Virus record (IMG/VR): IMGVR_UViG_3300048575_000392
Span: 1 to 64,000 of that record
Reading direction: 5' to 3' (one strand)
Length of the DNA: 64,000 nt
From: a virus
Taxonomy: Duplodnaviria; Caudoviricetes
This document shows, in pieces, positions 16,577 through 25,083 of this stretch (positions are counted from its first letter, which is position 1; every line of letters starts with the position of its first letter). A program made the translations under genes and the position numbers. The notes under the pieces were generated by a model that made no database searches, had not been told where the DNA came from, and saw only the letters and a list, made by a program, of their open reading frames with translations.

Positions 16577-18310
16577 TTAGACCGAGACGGATTCGGTCGA
16601 TCCCTCGTAGACGTGCTGGTTCGCGGTGATGAAGAAGAAGTTCTTCGGCGCCGTGAGGTAGGTGTGGTACTCGATGTAGGTCGCGCTTCCGCTTCTCCTG
16701 ATCACGAGTCCCCAGGCGAGGCTTCCGTCGTCGGCCTTCACGATGAGGCCTTCCCCGTGCCAGGACTTCACCTTGGTCCAGAAAATGGCCTCCTCGGTGC
16801 CTCCGGAGGAGTCGTCGCCAGCGGAGCCGACGCTCTTCGAGATGGCCTCGCGCAGGTCCCGCGACATGTAGTTGGACTCGCGCCTCATGGAGCGCTCGCA
16901 GCGCTGGAGCTCGTTCCCCTGATAGGTCGTGAGCGAGCGAATCGTCGCCAGGCGGTTGTCCTGGCTCTTTCCGCCCGCGGTGACGCCGGCCTGGATGAGC
17001 TTCACGAGGTCGCCCTTCTTGAGGTCTGCCTCCCACGAGAGGATGTCCACGCTTTTATTGGTCATCGGCTCGTTGATGGCGAGGGCCACCTCCTGGCCGA
17101 TGAGCTTCGCTGCGTACATAGCCGGGCTGTACGTCTTCTTGACCGAGTAGTCGCTGAAGTCGTAGTGGACGAATCCGGGGTACGCGAGGGAGCCAGTGTC
17201 TGTGGCGAGGTTTTTTGCCCGCATGATGGCCTGATCGACCGTCTCGCCGGCGGCTCCTCCGACAAGGAACATGCGCTCCTTGCGGCCTTCTACGGACGAC
17301 ATGTTGATGCAGTGGTTCCTGATGAGGATGTGCACGGCCTCGTCGGTAGCCGAGCTTCCGATGATCTGCACGTCCTCGTTCTCGAGGGCGCTCAGGGACG
17401 CGGTGTACTCGGTCACCGTGCAGGCGCCGTGCGATCCGCCAGAGAAGTACACCCAATCGGTGTCCACGTCGGGAACGACGCGCGTCGGGGCCGCGTCCAC
17501 GAAGACCGCGGAGTAGACGTAGGGGTTCTTGGCGATCGCTTCGATGACGGCCTGGAGGTTCGAGTAGGCCACATAGGACGCGGCCTTGATGGCCTGCCCG
17601 GTCACGCCGTCGAGGTGGGCCGACTTCTGGGTCAGGTCGCCCGTCTTGGCCACGCAGGTGTAAGCCGAGTGGTCGTTGATGTAGCTCACGAGGTCCTCTA
17701 TCGTCGGGAAAGAGGCGAAGTCGACGTTCAGGCTATCGTCGGCTCCCGTGACCGTCGTGGTAAGGCTCGTCTTCGAGATCGACATGGTGGCCGCGGAGCC
17801 CGCTCCTACGTACTGAATCTCGATCGAGGGGCGCACGATGTTGTCGATCGCCGACTCGCTTCCGAGGAAGGAGAGGGTGACCTTCTTCGACCCGGCCGCG
17901 GTTCCGGCCTCGAGCTTCATCTTGAGCTGGTTCGTGTGGAGGCCCCAGTCCCAGGCCTTGACCAGGATGACATCCGTCGTGCTGGCCTTAAGGGCCCGGC
18001 TCGACTGGGTTCCGGGGTTGGTGCGCATCGCACCGACCATCTGGGGAACCAGGTCGCCGCCGGGAGAGAAGGCGCAGAGAACGGCCTCGAGGAGAGGGCC
18101 GCTCCTGAGCGTGTCTATCGCCTCGGAGGGCGAGTAGAACCAGTAGAACGTGTTGGGCTTGCCGCCCTTCGACTCTCCGATGAACACGGCGCGATTCGCC
18201 GAGACCCCGCCACCCGCGCTCTTCACGTAATTCGTGCGAGAGTATGCGCCGGGGATATAATGCTCCGTCCGCTGTCCGGCCGACTGGAACGGTACGCTGT
18301 CGACACCCAT
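16577..18310 (-). CDS. Tail sheath protein
   Basis: HYIPGAYSR N-terminus, FIGESKGGKP, LIQAGV..RSLTTY C-terminal sheath motifs. Confidence 0.92.
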   Translation of the reverse strand: MGVDSVPFQSAGQRTEHYIPGAYSRTNYVKSAGGGVSANRAVFIGESKGGKPNTFYWFYSPSEAIDTLRSGPLLEAVLCAFSPGGDLVPQMVGAMRTNPGTQSSRALKASTTDVILVKAWDWGLHTNQLKMKLEAGTAAGSKKVTLSFLGSESAIDNIVRPSIEIQYVGAGSAATMSISKTSLTTTVTGADDSLNVDFASFPTIEDLVSYINDHSAYTCVAKTGDLTQKSAHLDGVTGQAIKAASYVAYSNLQAVIEAIAKNPYVYSAVFVDAAPTRVVPDVDTDWVYFSGGSHGACTVTEYTASLSALENEDVQIIGSSATDEAVHILIRNHCINMSSVEGRKERMFLVGGAAGETVDQAIMRAKNLATDTGSLAYPGFVHYDFSDYSVKKTYSPAMYAAKLIGQEVALAINEPMTNKSVDILSWEADLKKGDLVKLIQAGVTAGGKSQDNRLATIRSLTTYQGNELQRCERSMRRESNYMSRDLREAISKSVGSAGDDSSGGTEEAIFWTKVKSWHGEGLIVKADDGSLAWGLVIRRSGSATYIEYHTYLTAPKNFFFITANQHVYEGSTESVSV

Positions 18311-18328
18311 GAATTACCTCCTTGCTTC

Positions 18329-18532
18329 CTAGAAGACCCTGCGGTTGATGACCGATTCGATTTCAGTTTTCCAATCGGCCTCGGTCTTGATCTTGCCCCG
18401 ATACATGACCTTGAGCATGTCGCCGATGCTCTTGTCTTTCGGGTTCTTCACCAAGTAGCGGTTGATGTCCATGACGGGAACCGCTACCTCTTCCGTGGTG
18501 GTGTTGTCACCATCGCCGCTACTCTTAGCCAT
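18329..18532 (-). CDS. Small conserved neck/tail-region protein
   Basis: 67-aa ORF overlapping the upstream stop codon. Confidence 0.55.
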   Translation of the reverse strand: MAKSSGDGDNTTTEEVAVPVMDINRYLVKNPKDKSIGDMLKVMYRGKIKTEADWKTEIESVINRRVF

Positions 18533-19226
18533 TCAATACCTCCGCCCATACGGATTCGTTGAGCTCTTGAAGATTGGAATCGAGTATTGTCTGCTCGATC
18601 CAGTAATCGGCCTCGAACGAGACCTGTCCCCCGTAGAGAATCTGCCCAAAGTCGAGGTTGTAGTTCCCGCTTCGCTGCCCCCTGATCGTGTCGTCGAAGA
18701 CCGTGATGCCCTGCTTTTTGCTCAGCTCCACGCGCCTCGGCCCGCAGAAGAAGAGCTCGACGAGGTTGTAGAGCTCGTTCTTGAGCTGGATGTTCTCGCT
18801 CCAAATCTCGACCGTCACACGGTCCCGCCTCGGCCCGAAGCCTGTTACCCCGTAGAGCGCGGAATGGCTGGCGAAATAGGTCTTGAGCCAGGCCAGGGCC
18901 CCCGTGGAGATCTGGTACCCGGCGCCGACGATCTGATCCACATCGGCGGATACAAGGGTGCAGCTCTTCCACTCGTGGACCTCGGCGAGCTGGGGCACCT
19001 TCTCATCGCTTCCGGAGACGACCGTGATCGAGGGGAAGAGCTGCCCGTCGTAGATGGTCCCGTTCGACTTCTGGTTCAGAAGCTGAGCGAACGGATGCTC
19101 GTTGGAGACCCGGACGCTTCCGATCACGGGGTACAGCTCATCAAAGCGAACGTCGGCGAGATACTTCTTGAGCTCTTCGATGAGCACGTCCTCTATGAGG
19201 GCGCCCTTGTTCATGATGACTATCAT
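18525..19226 (-). CDS. Tail completion/terminator-like protein
   Basis: Position immediately before the sheath; FPSITVVSGSD. Confidence 0.55.
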   Translation of the reverse strand: MIVIMNKGALIEDVLIEELKKYLADVRFDELYPVIGSVRVSNEHPFAQLLNQKSNGTIYDGQLFPSITVVSGSDEKVPQLAEVHEWKSCTLVSADVDQIVGAGYQISTGALAWLKTYFASHSALYGVTGFGPRRDRVTVEIWSENIQLKNELYNLVELFFCGPRRVELSKKQGITVFDDTIRGQRSGNYNLDFGQILYGGQVSFEADYWIEQTILDSNLQELNESVWAEVLNG

Positions 19227-20074
19227 GCCAACCCCAAATCGGTCTTGAGCGCGTCCTCGACCATTTCAGAGATGATGTCGCGCGAGTTCTCGGCGACGTG
19301 CTTTGCGACGTTCCGCGCCGGCGTCGCGGGGCGTATCCAGGACCCCTCGGGCGAATCCGCGGAGATGACCCGGAAGGTGAAATAGGTCGAACCGGACTTC
19401 TTCGCGGAGTCGGCATCCATTACCGAGAGCCCCTCGATGTCTCCGCCTACCCCGCGCAGCATGGAGCCCCAGTCGGGCCGCCCGTTCTCCCCCTGATAGT
19501 TCGCGCGCTGGACCGCCTCGCCCCAGAAGTTCGGCTCGACATGAGTCTCCTCAGCGACCTGCGTGCGGATGAAGGACCCGGCCTTGATCTGCGTCCGGAG
19601 CATTGCGTAAATCTGCTCCGGGATGATGTTCCGGAAGTGCCCGCTCGAGGCCCCCGGCGTCCCCCAGCGGAAGGGGACGATGAGATAGGGGACCCAGCGC
19701 GGGTTGGTTCGAGTTCCCTTGTTCGCCACGCGTCCCTTGTTTCCGTAGGGGTGGGTCTGCTTCATGTCGAGCTGAGGGGTCCCGTTTTCGATGCCCGCGG
19801 CCACCTTCGAGTCGTTGTAGACCGTGTAGTCGAAGGGCCCCGACTGCTTCACCTTGACCCCGGCGGCATATCCCCCCGTCGGATTCTTTACGCGGTAGGA
19901 GGTTCCGGGGATCGGGGCTCCCATCGCATAGGACTTCCAAGTCGCCTCCACGATCTTCACGCCGGCCTTGAATGCCTCCTCGGTCGCGGGCATCGCGCCC
20001 GCCCCGATCGTGCTCATGCGCGCCTGAAGCGCTGCGAGGTAGCTGTTTTTCGGCACTACGGAGAGTTGGATCAT
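19223..20074 (-). CDS. Neck / head-tail joining protein
   Basis: IENGTPQLDMK, YLIVPFR, TFRVIS..W.RP pattern seen in large-myovirus neck regions. Confidence 0.6.
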   Translation of the reverse strand: MIQLSVVPKNSYLAALQARMSTIGAGAMPATEEAFKAGVKIVEATWKSYAMGAPIPGTSYRVKNPTGGYAAGVKVKQSGPFDYTVYNDSKVAAGIENGTPQLDMKQTHPYGNKGRVANKGTRTNPRWVPYLIVPFRWGTPGASSGHFRNIIPEQIYAMLRTQIKAGSFIRTQVAEETHVEPNFWGEAVQRANYQGENGRPDWGSMLRGVGGDIEGLSVMDADSAKKSGSTYFTFRVISADSPEGSWIRPATPARNVAKHVAENSRDIISEMVEDALKTDLGLA

Positions 20075-21216
20075 ATCGCCTTCCTCTCCGCATACGTCGA
20101 GAGAAGCTTCAGCGCGACACGGCGCGGAAGGTTCTGGTTCTCTCCCGATCGAACGTTCGGGAATTCCTTCACGACCCGGTAGGTCGGATTGAACTCATAG
20201 AACACGAAGTACGCGGCCCCGGCGGCCGGGCGGTTGCTCCCCAGCCAGCGTATCTTGTTCGCCCCCCAGAGCATGTAGTCCACGTTCGGCAGGTAGATCG
20301 CGCTTCCGCTCTCGATTGCCGGAATGGAACCAATGTAGAACTCGGGGAGCGCGTCGATGTCGCTAGACCCCCGCGAGATGATGCGCTTTCCGACCTGGGT
20401 CGCGGCGAGGAGCGTCACGATGTCGCCCTCGCCGACCTTGTAGCTCTCCGGGAAGGACATGCTGGCGTCGCCCTGCGCCATTTCCAGGAACCGGGCGTCT
20501 GACTCACGGTATTGCTGCCCGGTGACAACGAAGAAGGCCGGCTCGATGTACTCAACATCGGTTGCGGCCAGGACATCCCCAGTCGCGGGTGCGGCGGCGA
20601 CGACCGCGAAGGCGAGGTTCCTTCTCGTCGTGGACACCGCGTACTCGATGGCCTGCGTCTCGTTCTTGAGCGACCCAATGGATACGATGTCCGCATTCGT
20701 CTCCTTGTCCGAAGCGACGCCGGCTGCTCCCGCGATCGAGAGCCCGTCGAGCGAGAAACAGCCGTTCCCCAGGTAGGTAGCGATGGCCCGGTCGAGCTTC
20801 TTGACGAGGGGCTTCATGACCGTCAGGTCGAAGCGTTCGCCCTTCGCCGGAGTTCTCGCGCCGGCGAGACGGACGAATCGGCCGTATCGGCCAACCTCTT
20901 TGAACAGCCCGCCCTTGTAATCGTGAGCCTCGAGCACCGAGGCGCCCGAATATGACTCCGGAAGCTCGACGACAAAACCATCCGCGACCACAAGGGAAAG
21001 CGTCTCCTCGATGGTCTTCTGGAATCGATACTGCCATCCCTCGCCGCCACAGAGACGGCACTGGATGTCGGGGCGGCCGTTCTTGAGTGTGCAGGAGCAC
21101 CGGATAGCCTGGAGCCATCGAACCCACTGCCCGTGGCGCTCGATGAGGGCCTCGTAGTTGTCCTTCCCAAGGCTGAGGTGGACCGGGGAATTCTTGCCGA
21201 GCCCCTGGTTCTTCAT
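20071..21216 (-). CDS. Neck / head-closure protein with CxC...CxxC site
   Basis: AIRCSC..CRLCGGEGW; position in the neck module. Confidence 0.6.
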   Translation of the reverse strand: MKNQGLGKNSPVHLSLGKDNYEALIERHGQWVRWLQAIRCSCTLKNGRPDIQCRLCGGEGWQYRFQKTIEETLSLVVADGFVVELPESYSGASVLEAHDYKGGLFKEVGRYGRFVRLAGARTPAKGERFDLTVMKPLVKKLDRAIATYLGNGCFSLDGLSIAGAAGVASDKETNADIVSIGSLKNETQAIEYAVSTTRRNLAFAVVAAAPATGDVLAATDVEYIEPAFFVVTGQQYRESDARFLEMAQGDASMSFPESYKVGEGDIVTLLAATQVGKRIISRGSSDIDALPEFYIGSIPAIESGSAIYLPNVDYMLWGANKIRWLGSNRPAAGAAYFVFYEFNPTYRVVKEFPNVRSGENQNLPRRVALKLLSTYAERKAI

Positions 21217-21833
21217 ACCGAGAGCTCCTCGTAGAAATGCGGTTGGGCCGTGCTTCCGGTTCGGACCACAGGGAAGCCGCGGCGGGAGAATCCGTCGACG
21301 ACACCCTCGTGCTGCCCGACGCGCACGCGGGACCCCTTCTTGAGCTGGAGCATGGCCGTCTTCCGGTTGTTCAGCATCGCCACGGCCTTGTCGGTCTTCT
21401 CGTGATATTCCCGCTGGTAGTCGGCGGCGTTCTGGGGATGGTCCTTCATCATCTTGAGGTACCAGGCCGTCTGGTAGTCGACCTCGATGTCCTTCTCCTT
21501 CGTGTCCCGGTCGAATTGGTAGTTCTTGTACTTCGCCTCGATGCGCTTCGCGAGCTCGGGATCGTAGGCCGCCACATGGCCGACGAGGGGCTTGATCTGG
21601 TAGTCCTCCGCCACGCGGTCGAGGTGGTCGAAGTAGCCGCGGTCGCCGTTCTTGGACGGCCCGCCGGCGGCGGTCCCCGTGAAGAGGTTCGCCTGTCCCT
21701 TTAGATGCCCTTCGTTCCGGTCTTCAGGAGAGACCCAGTAGGTCATAGAGCGCCCGTCGGCGCGGGTGATCTTCTCGGGCACGAGCCGACCGTACTCCTT
21801 CGATTTGGCCATCATGGGGATGCACAGCGTCAT
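21213..21833 (-). CDS. Small probable internal head protein with capsid-targeting-like N-terminal motif and SH3/KOW-like C-terminus
   Basis: N-terminus IPMMAKS..RLV..I..ADG...YWVSP..QANLF is shared with the giant internal proteins. Confidence 0.6.
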   Translation of the reverse strand: MTLCIPMMAKSKEYGRLVPEKITRADGRSMTYWVSPEDRNEGHLKGQANLFTGTAAGGPSKNGDRGYFDHLDRVAEDYQIKPLVGHVAAYDPELAKRIEAKYKNYQFDRDTKEKDIEVDYQTAWYLKMMKDHPQNAADYQREYHEKTDKAVAMLNNRKTAMLQLKKGSRVRVGQHEGVVDGFSRRGFPVVRTGSTAQPHFYEELSV

Positions 21834-21834
21834 G

Positions 21835-22950
21835 CTAGATGCTCCCCATAACCGTGTATCCGAACTTGTTGCGGTTTTCCTTGAGGTAGGTTTCGATGTC
21901 CTTCAGATAGACCTGGATACGCGCCCCGAAGTAGGCGTTGGTCGCGCTCTGGGTCGAACTGAACGATTCCGAAACGCCATCCATGGACAGTGAAGATGAG
22001 GAGAACCCAGCAATTAGCCCGTCTCCGATGATGTTGAGCAACTTACAGGCCGCCACTTTCCCGATCACGTCCCGTAGATCATTGGGAATCAGGCCGGCGT
22101 GCCCAAAACCTGCGGTATAGTCAACTTTGTAGCCGTGTGGGTAGTCGCCGTTCATCCAGCTCAGTCCCATGGTCATGGCGGCCGGAGCGATCCTGAATTG
22201 CCCATTCTCCCCCGCCTTGGGGTAGAAGCTCACGACGCCCTTACGGTGATCGAGGCGAGCCCAGGAGAACAGGTCGAGGACTTTCTGGTCGGCGATTCCA
22301 AAGAGTTCGAAGCGGTCAAGGGAGAGCACGGGTCGCCGTCGAAGCACAATGCGCCCCGTTCTGTTCCAGAGGTCGTGCCGATAGGTATAGGGGTCTTCAG
22401 CTTCATCATAGTCGCTCCCCAGCGCGAGTTCTGCACCAGGCTGGCACTTGATCCGCGTCTTGAGCAAGGTAACCTTGAGCGCCCGCTCCATTTCAGCGAC
22501 CGCCGAGCGAATTTTTGCCCTCACCTGAGCATCGGAAAAGGTATCTCCGTTCGATGCTCGGAAGTCGACGCCCCAAAGATACGTGTACCGAAGATCGTCC
22601 GCAGTCAGAATCTCACCAAAGAGGCCATCGGGCGGGGCGTAATTCTCGAAGGTCCAGCCGACACGGCCGGACCCGATTTTCACCCAGTCCGAGGAGGCGT
22701 AATCGGAAAGCGTCCCTGTGTCGATGGCGTAGCGGTACTGGTAGATGCCGTTGGCTACGTCGTAGTCGGTGAAGCGATTCGTCTTGATGGGAGAATATCC
22801 GGAGGTGGAGAAGGCGGCGCCGTCCCAGGTGAGCCACGCCCCATCTTCGCGCTTGCGCTCCACTCTGTAGCCGGCGAAGCCAGCCACGCCTGAAGCGTTC
22901 TCGAGCGTGAGGATGATGTCGTTGTTGCTGGAGACGGCGCGAATTTCCAT
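21835..22950 (-). CDS. Head-tail adaptor / neck protein with N-terminal Ig/Fn3-like domain
   Basis: YKVDYTAGF, SSSLSMDGVSESFSSTQSA..YFGARI C-terminus. Confidence 0.7.
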   Translation of the reverse strand: MEIRAVSSNNDIILTLENASGVAGFAGYRVERKREDGAWLTWDGAAFSTSGYSPIKTNRFTDYDVANGIYQYRYAIDTGTLSDYASSDWVKIGSGRVGWTFENYAPPDGLFGEILTADDLRYTYLWGVDFRASNGDTFSDAQVRAKIRSAVAEMERALKVTLLKTRIKCQPGAELALGSDYDEAEDPYTYRHDLWNRTGRIVLRRRPVLSLDRFELFGIADQKVLDLFSWARLDHRKGVVSFYPKAGENGQFRIAPAAMTMGLSWMNGDYPHGYKVDYTAGFGHAGLIPNDLRDVIGKVAACKLLNIIGDGLIAGFSSSSLSMDGVSESFSSTQSATNAYFGARIQVYLKDIETYLKENRNKFGYTVMGSI

Positions 22951-22953
22951 GTC

Positions 22954-23391
22954 CTATGCCTTCTCGTAGCCGGGGACCTGGGCGAGGTAGTCGAAGTCGG
23001 CCCCCTCTACGGAGGCCACCCCCTTCTCGTCGAAGTCGATCGGCTGGCCGCTGGCCGCGAAGACGCGCTGGCCGGCCATGGCCTTGTTCTTGATCTTCCC
23101 GCTCGAGGCCTTCTTGGCGGCCGCGGGGGTCGTCTGGTCGGTGGCCGGCGTGGTGGCGGCGGCCTGGTCGTTCTGAACGGCAGCCTGAGCCTCTCCGCTC
23201 GCCGGGGCGCCGGTATCGGCCGCCTGATCCTGCCCCTCCGCGGGGGTCGTCTGGTCGGTGGCCGGCGTGGTGGCGGCGGCCTGGTCGTTCTGAACGGCAG
23301 CCTGAGCCTCTCCGCTCGCCGGGGCGCCGGTATCGGCCGCCTGATCCTGCCCCTCCGCGGGGGTCGTCTGGTCGGTGGTTCCGCGTGCCAT
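22954..23391 (-). CDS. Head-region protein with 39-aa tandem repeats
   Basis: A/Q/T/D-rich repeated N-terminus and a small globular C-terminus. Confidence 0.7.
   Translation of the reverse strand: MARGTTDQTTPAEGQDQAADTGAPASGEAQAAVQNDQAAATTPATDQTTPAEGQDQAADTGAPASGEAQAAVQNDQAAATTPATDQTTPAAAKKASSGKIKNKAMAGQRVFAASGQPIDFDEKGVASVEGADFDYLAQVPGYEKA
23121..23378. repeat. 117-bp perfect tandem repeat, 2.2 copies
   Basis: Unit starts at 23121, 23238 and 23355 (partial); in frame (39 codons). Confidence 0.95.
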
Positions 23392-23400
23392 GCGCGCCTC

Positions 23401-23595
23401 CTACAGCTTGTCCACCGCGGGGCTTGTCACCACGTTCGTGGCGTCGGCAGCGGTATGGGTTCCGGTCCCCATCGCGCAGTGCGCGTTGTGGTCCGTCTTC
23501 AGCTCGTTGACGAGGGTTATCGTCGCGTCCAGCCTCGTCGAGAGCGCTTTGAGAGCCGGGCAGGCCCGGCACATCTTGTCCTTCAGTTCGGGCAT
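23401..23595 (-). CDS. Small head protein (possible decoration/cement)
   Basis: 64-aa ORF with RBS directly after the MCP. Confidence 0.55.
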   Translation of the reverse strand: MPELKDKMCRACPALKALSTRLDATITLVNELKTDHNAHCAMGTGTHTAADATNVVTSPAVDKL

Positions 23596-23652
23596 CCTTC
23601 TTCTCCTTGCCTTGAGGGAAGCCCGGCCCGCCGAAGCGGACCGGGCCGTAGG

Positions 23653-25068
23653 TCAGTTGTAGAAGCCGTCGTTCGTGTAGCCGACGTTCTTCACGACGCC
23701 GTGGTACCACGGCACCTTCACATCCGGCGTGCCGAAGAGCACGAGGAGGAAGGGCGTGACCGCCGCGCGGGTCGGGTAGAGGTCGAACTTCATGAGCGGG
23801 AGGAACTGGTCGAACTGGACGCTCGGCTCCAGCGCGTCGTGGCTGAGGTACAGAATCTCGCCGGTACCCGGCAGGTCCTCGTTCTGGTCGAGCACGACAG
23901 TGGTCGCGGCGCCCGAGTCGCCGACGCGAACCATCTCCCGCACGTCGGTGCCGCTTCCGGCGTCCTTCTTCGAGCGGCAGATGATGTAGCCGGTTCCCTT
24001 CTTGGTACCGGGGGTGATCGTGATCTTCGCTTCCTTTCCGGCAGCGAGGGCGAGGGACGCGGCGGCCGCTCCCGCGGAGACGCCGTACTCGTTGATCGCG
24101 AAGACCTGGTAGTAGTAGGTCCCGGCCGACGTGGAGTCGAAGCCGCGGCCACCGCCGGCGGTGAGGTCCTGGGCCGCGAGGGCGAAGGTGGGGGCGTTGG
24201 GGCGCTTGGTGGCGTCGCCGGAGGCCGCGATCTTGCCCTTCACGTAGAACATCTTGTCGGGGCCCGCCTCCTTGCCGGCGATCTTGATGTCGCTGGAGAA
24301 GGTGGTCGGGTACTCCATCACGACCTGCGCGCCGCGGCGGTCGTCCGGGTTGAAGCGGAGCCTGTCCTTGGCGAGCTTCTGGAAGTCCTGGGCGATCATC
24401 GAGGGCATGAAGGCGTGGGAGAGGCTTCCTCCGTTCTCGAAGACCTGGCGGGAAATCTCCGTGATGGAGTCCTCGCCGGCGGCGTCGGACATCTTGGCGC
24501 CGCGGAGGTCCACGAGGTTGCGGCGACTCGCGTTCGCCTTGATCTGCTTGCTCACGGAGTCGAACTGGACGGGTACGACCGCGCTGTCGGCCTGGAACAG
24601 GCCGTACTCGCAGCCCTTGAGGACGGTGAGCGTGCCGGCGACCTTCTCGGAGGCCATGGCGTCCTCGAGGGTCTTGGCGACCTGCATCTGGAGCGTGACC
24701 TCGCGGTAGGTCTGCATGTACTTCATGGGCCGGGTCACGCGCTCGAGGGCCTGACTGGAGTCCCCGGCGTCGCCGCCCTCGCTCGTGAAGATGTTCATGA
24801 ACTCGCCGGCGTCGTTCCGGCGGGTGTACTCGTGGACGGTGGAGCCGACCTTGGGCTTCGAGAGGAGGTTCATGAGCTTGAAATCCTCCTGCTTGGCCGC
24901 GAGGGCGTTGACCATGGTCATCTCGATGTCCTGCGGAATGAGAGCGCGGCCGCCAGTCATGGCCGCAGAGTCGGTGCCGTATCCCGCGGAGAGCGCCTTC
25001 TGGAGCTCGCCCTCGGTGACGGAGCCGAACATGTACTCGCTGGCATTGGTGGGTTCGAGGAAGTTCAT
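23653..25068 (-). CDS. Major capsid protein (large-myovirus type with inserted Ig-like domain)
   Basis: LQKALSAGYGTD..GGRALIPQDIE N-terminus resembling processed SPO1/Twort-type capsid proteins; QFDQFLPLMK C-terminus. Confidence 0.93.
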   Translation of the reverse strand: MNFLEPTNASEYMFGSVTEGELQKALSAGYGTDSAAMTGGRALIPQDIEMTMVNALAAKQEDFKLMNLLSKPKVGSTVHEYTRRNDAGEFMNIFTSEGGDAGDSSQALERVTRPMKYMQTYREVTLQMQVAKTLEDAMASEKVAGTLTVLKGCEYGLFQADSAVVPVQFDSVSKQIKANASRRNLVDLRGAKMSDAAGEDSITEISRQVFENGGSLSHAFMPSMIAQDFQKLAKDRLRFNPDDRRGAQVVMEYPTTFSSDIKIAGKEAGPDKMFYVKGKIAASGDATKRPNAPTFALAAQDLTAGGGRGFDSTSAGTYYYQVFAINEYGVSAGAAAASLALAAGKEAKITITPGTKKGTGYIICRSKKDAGSGTDVREMVRVGDSGAATTVVLDQNEDLPGTGEILYLSHDALEPSVQFDQFLPLMKFDLYPTRAAVTPFLLVLFGTPDVKVPWYHGVVKNVGYTNDGFYN

Positions 25069-25083
25069 TTCGTTCTTCCCTCC

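Noticed and set aside
23121-23378. Repeats as a possible CRISPR array
   Set aside because: Contiguous 117-bp in-frame tandem units with no spacers; no repeat-spacer array or cas gene seen in the window
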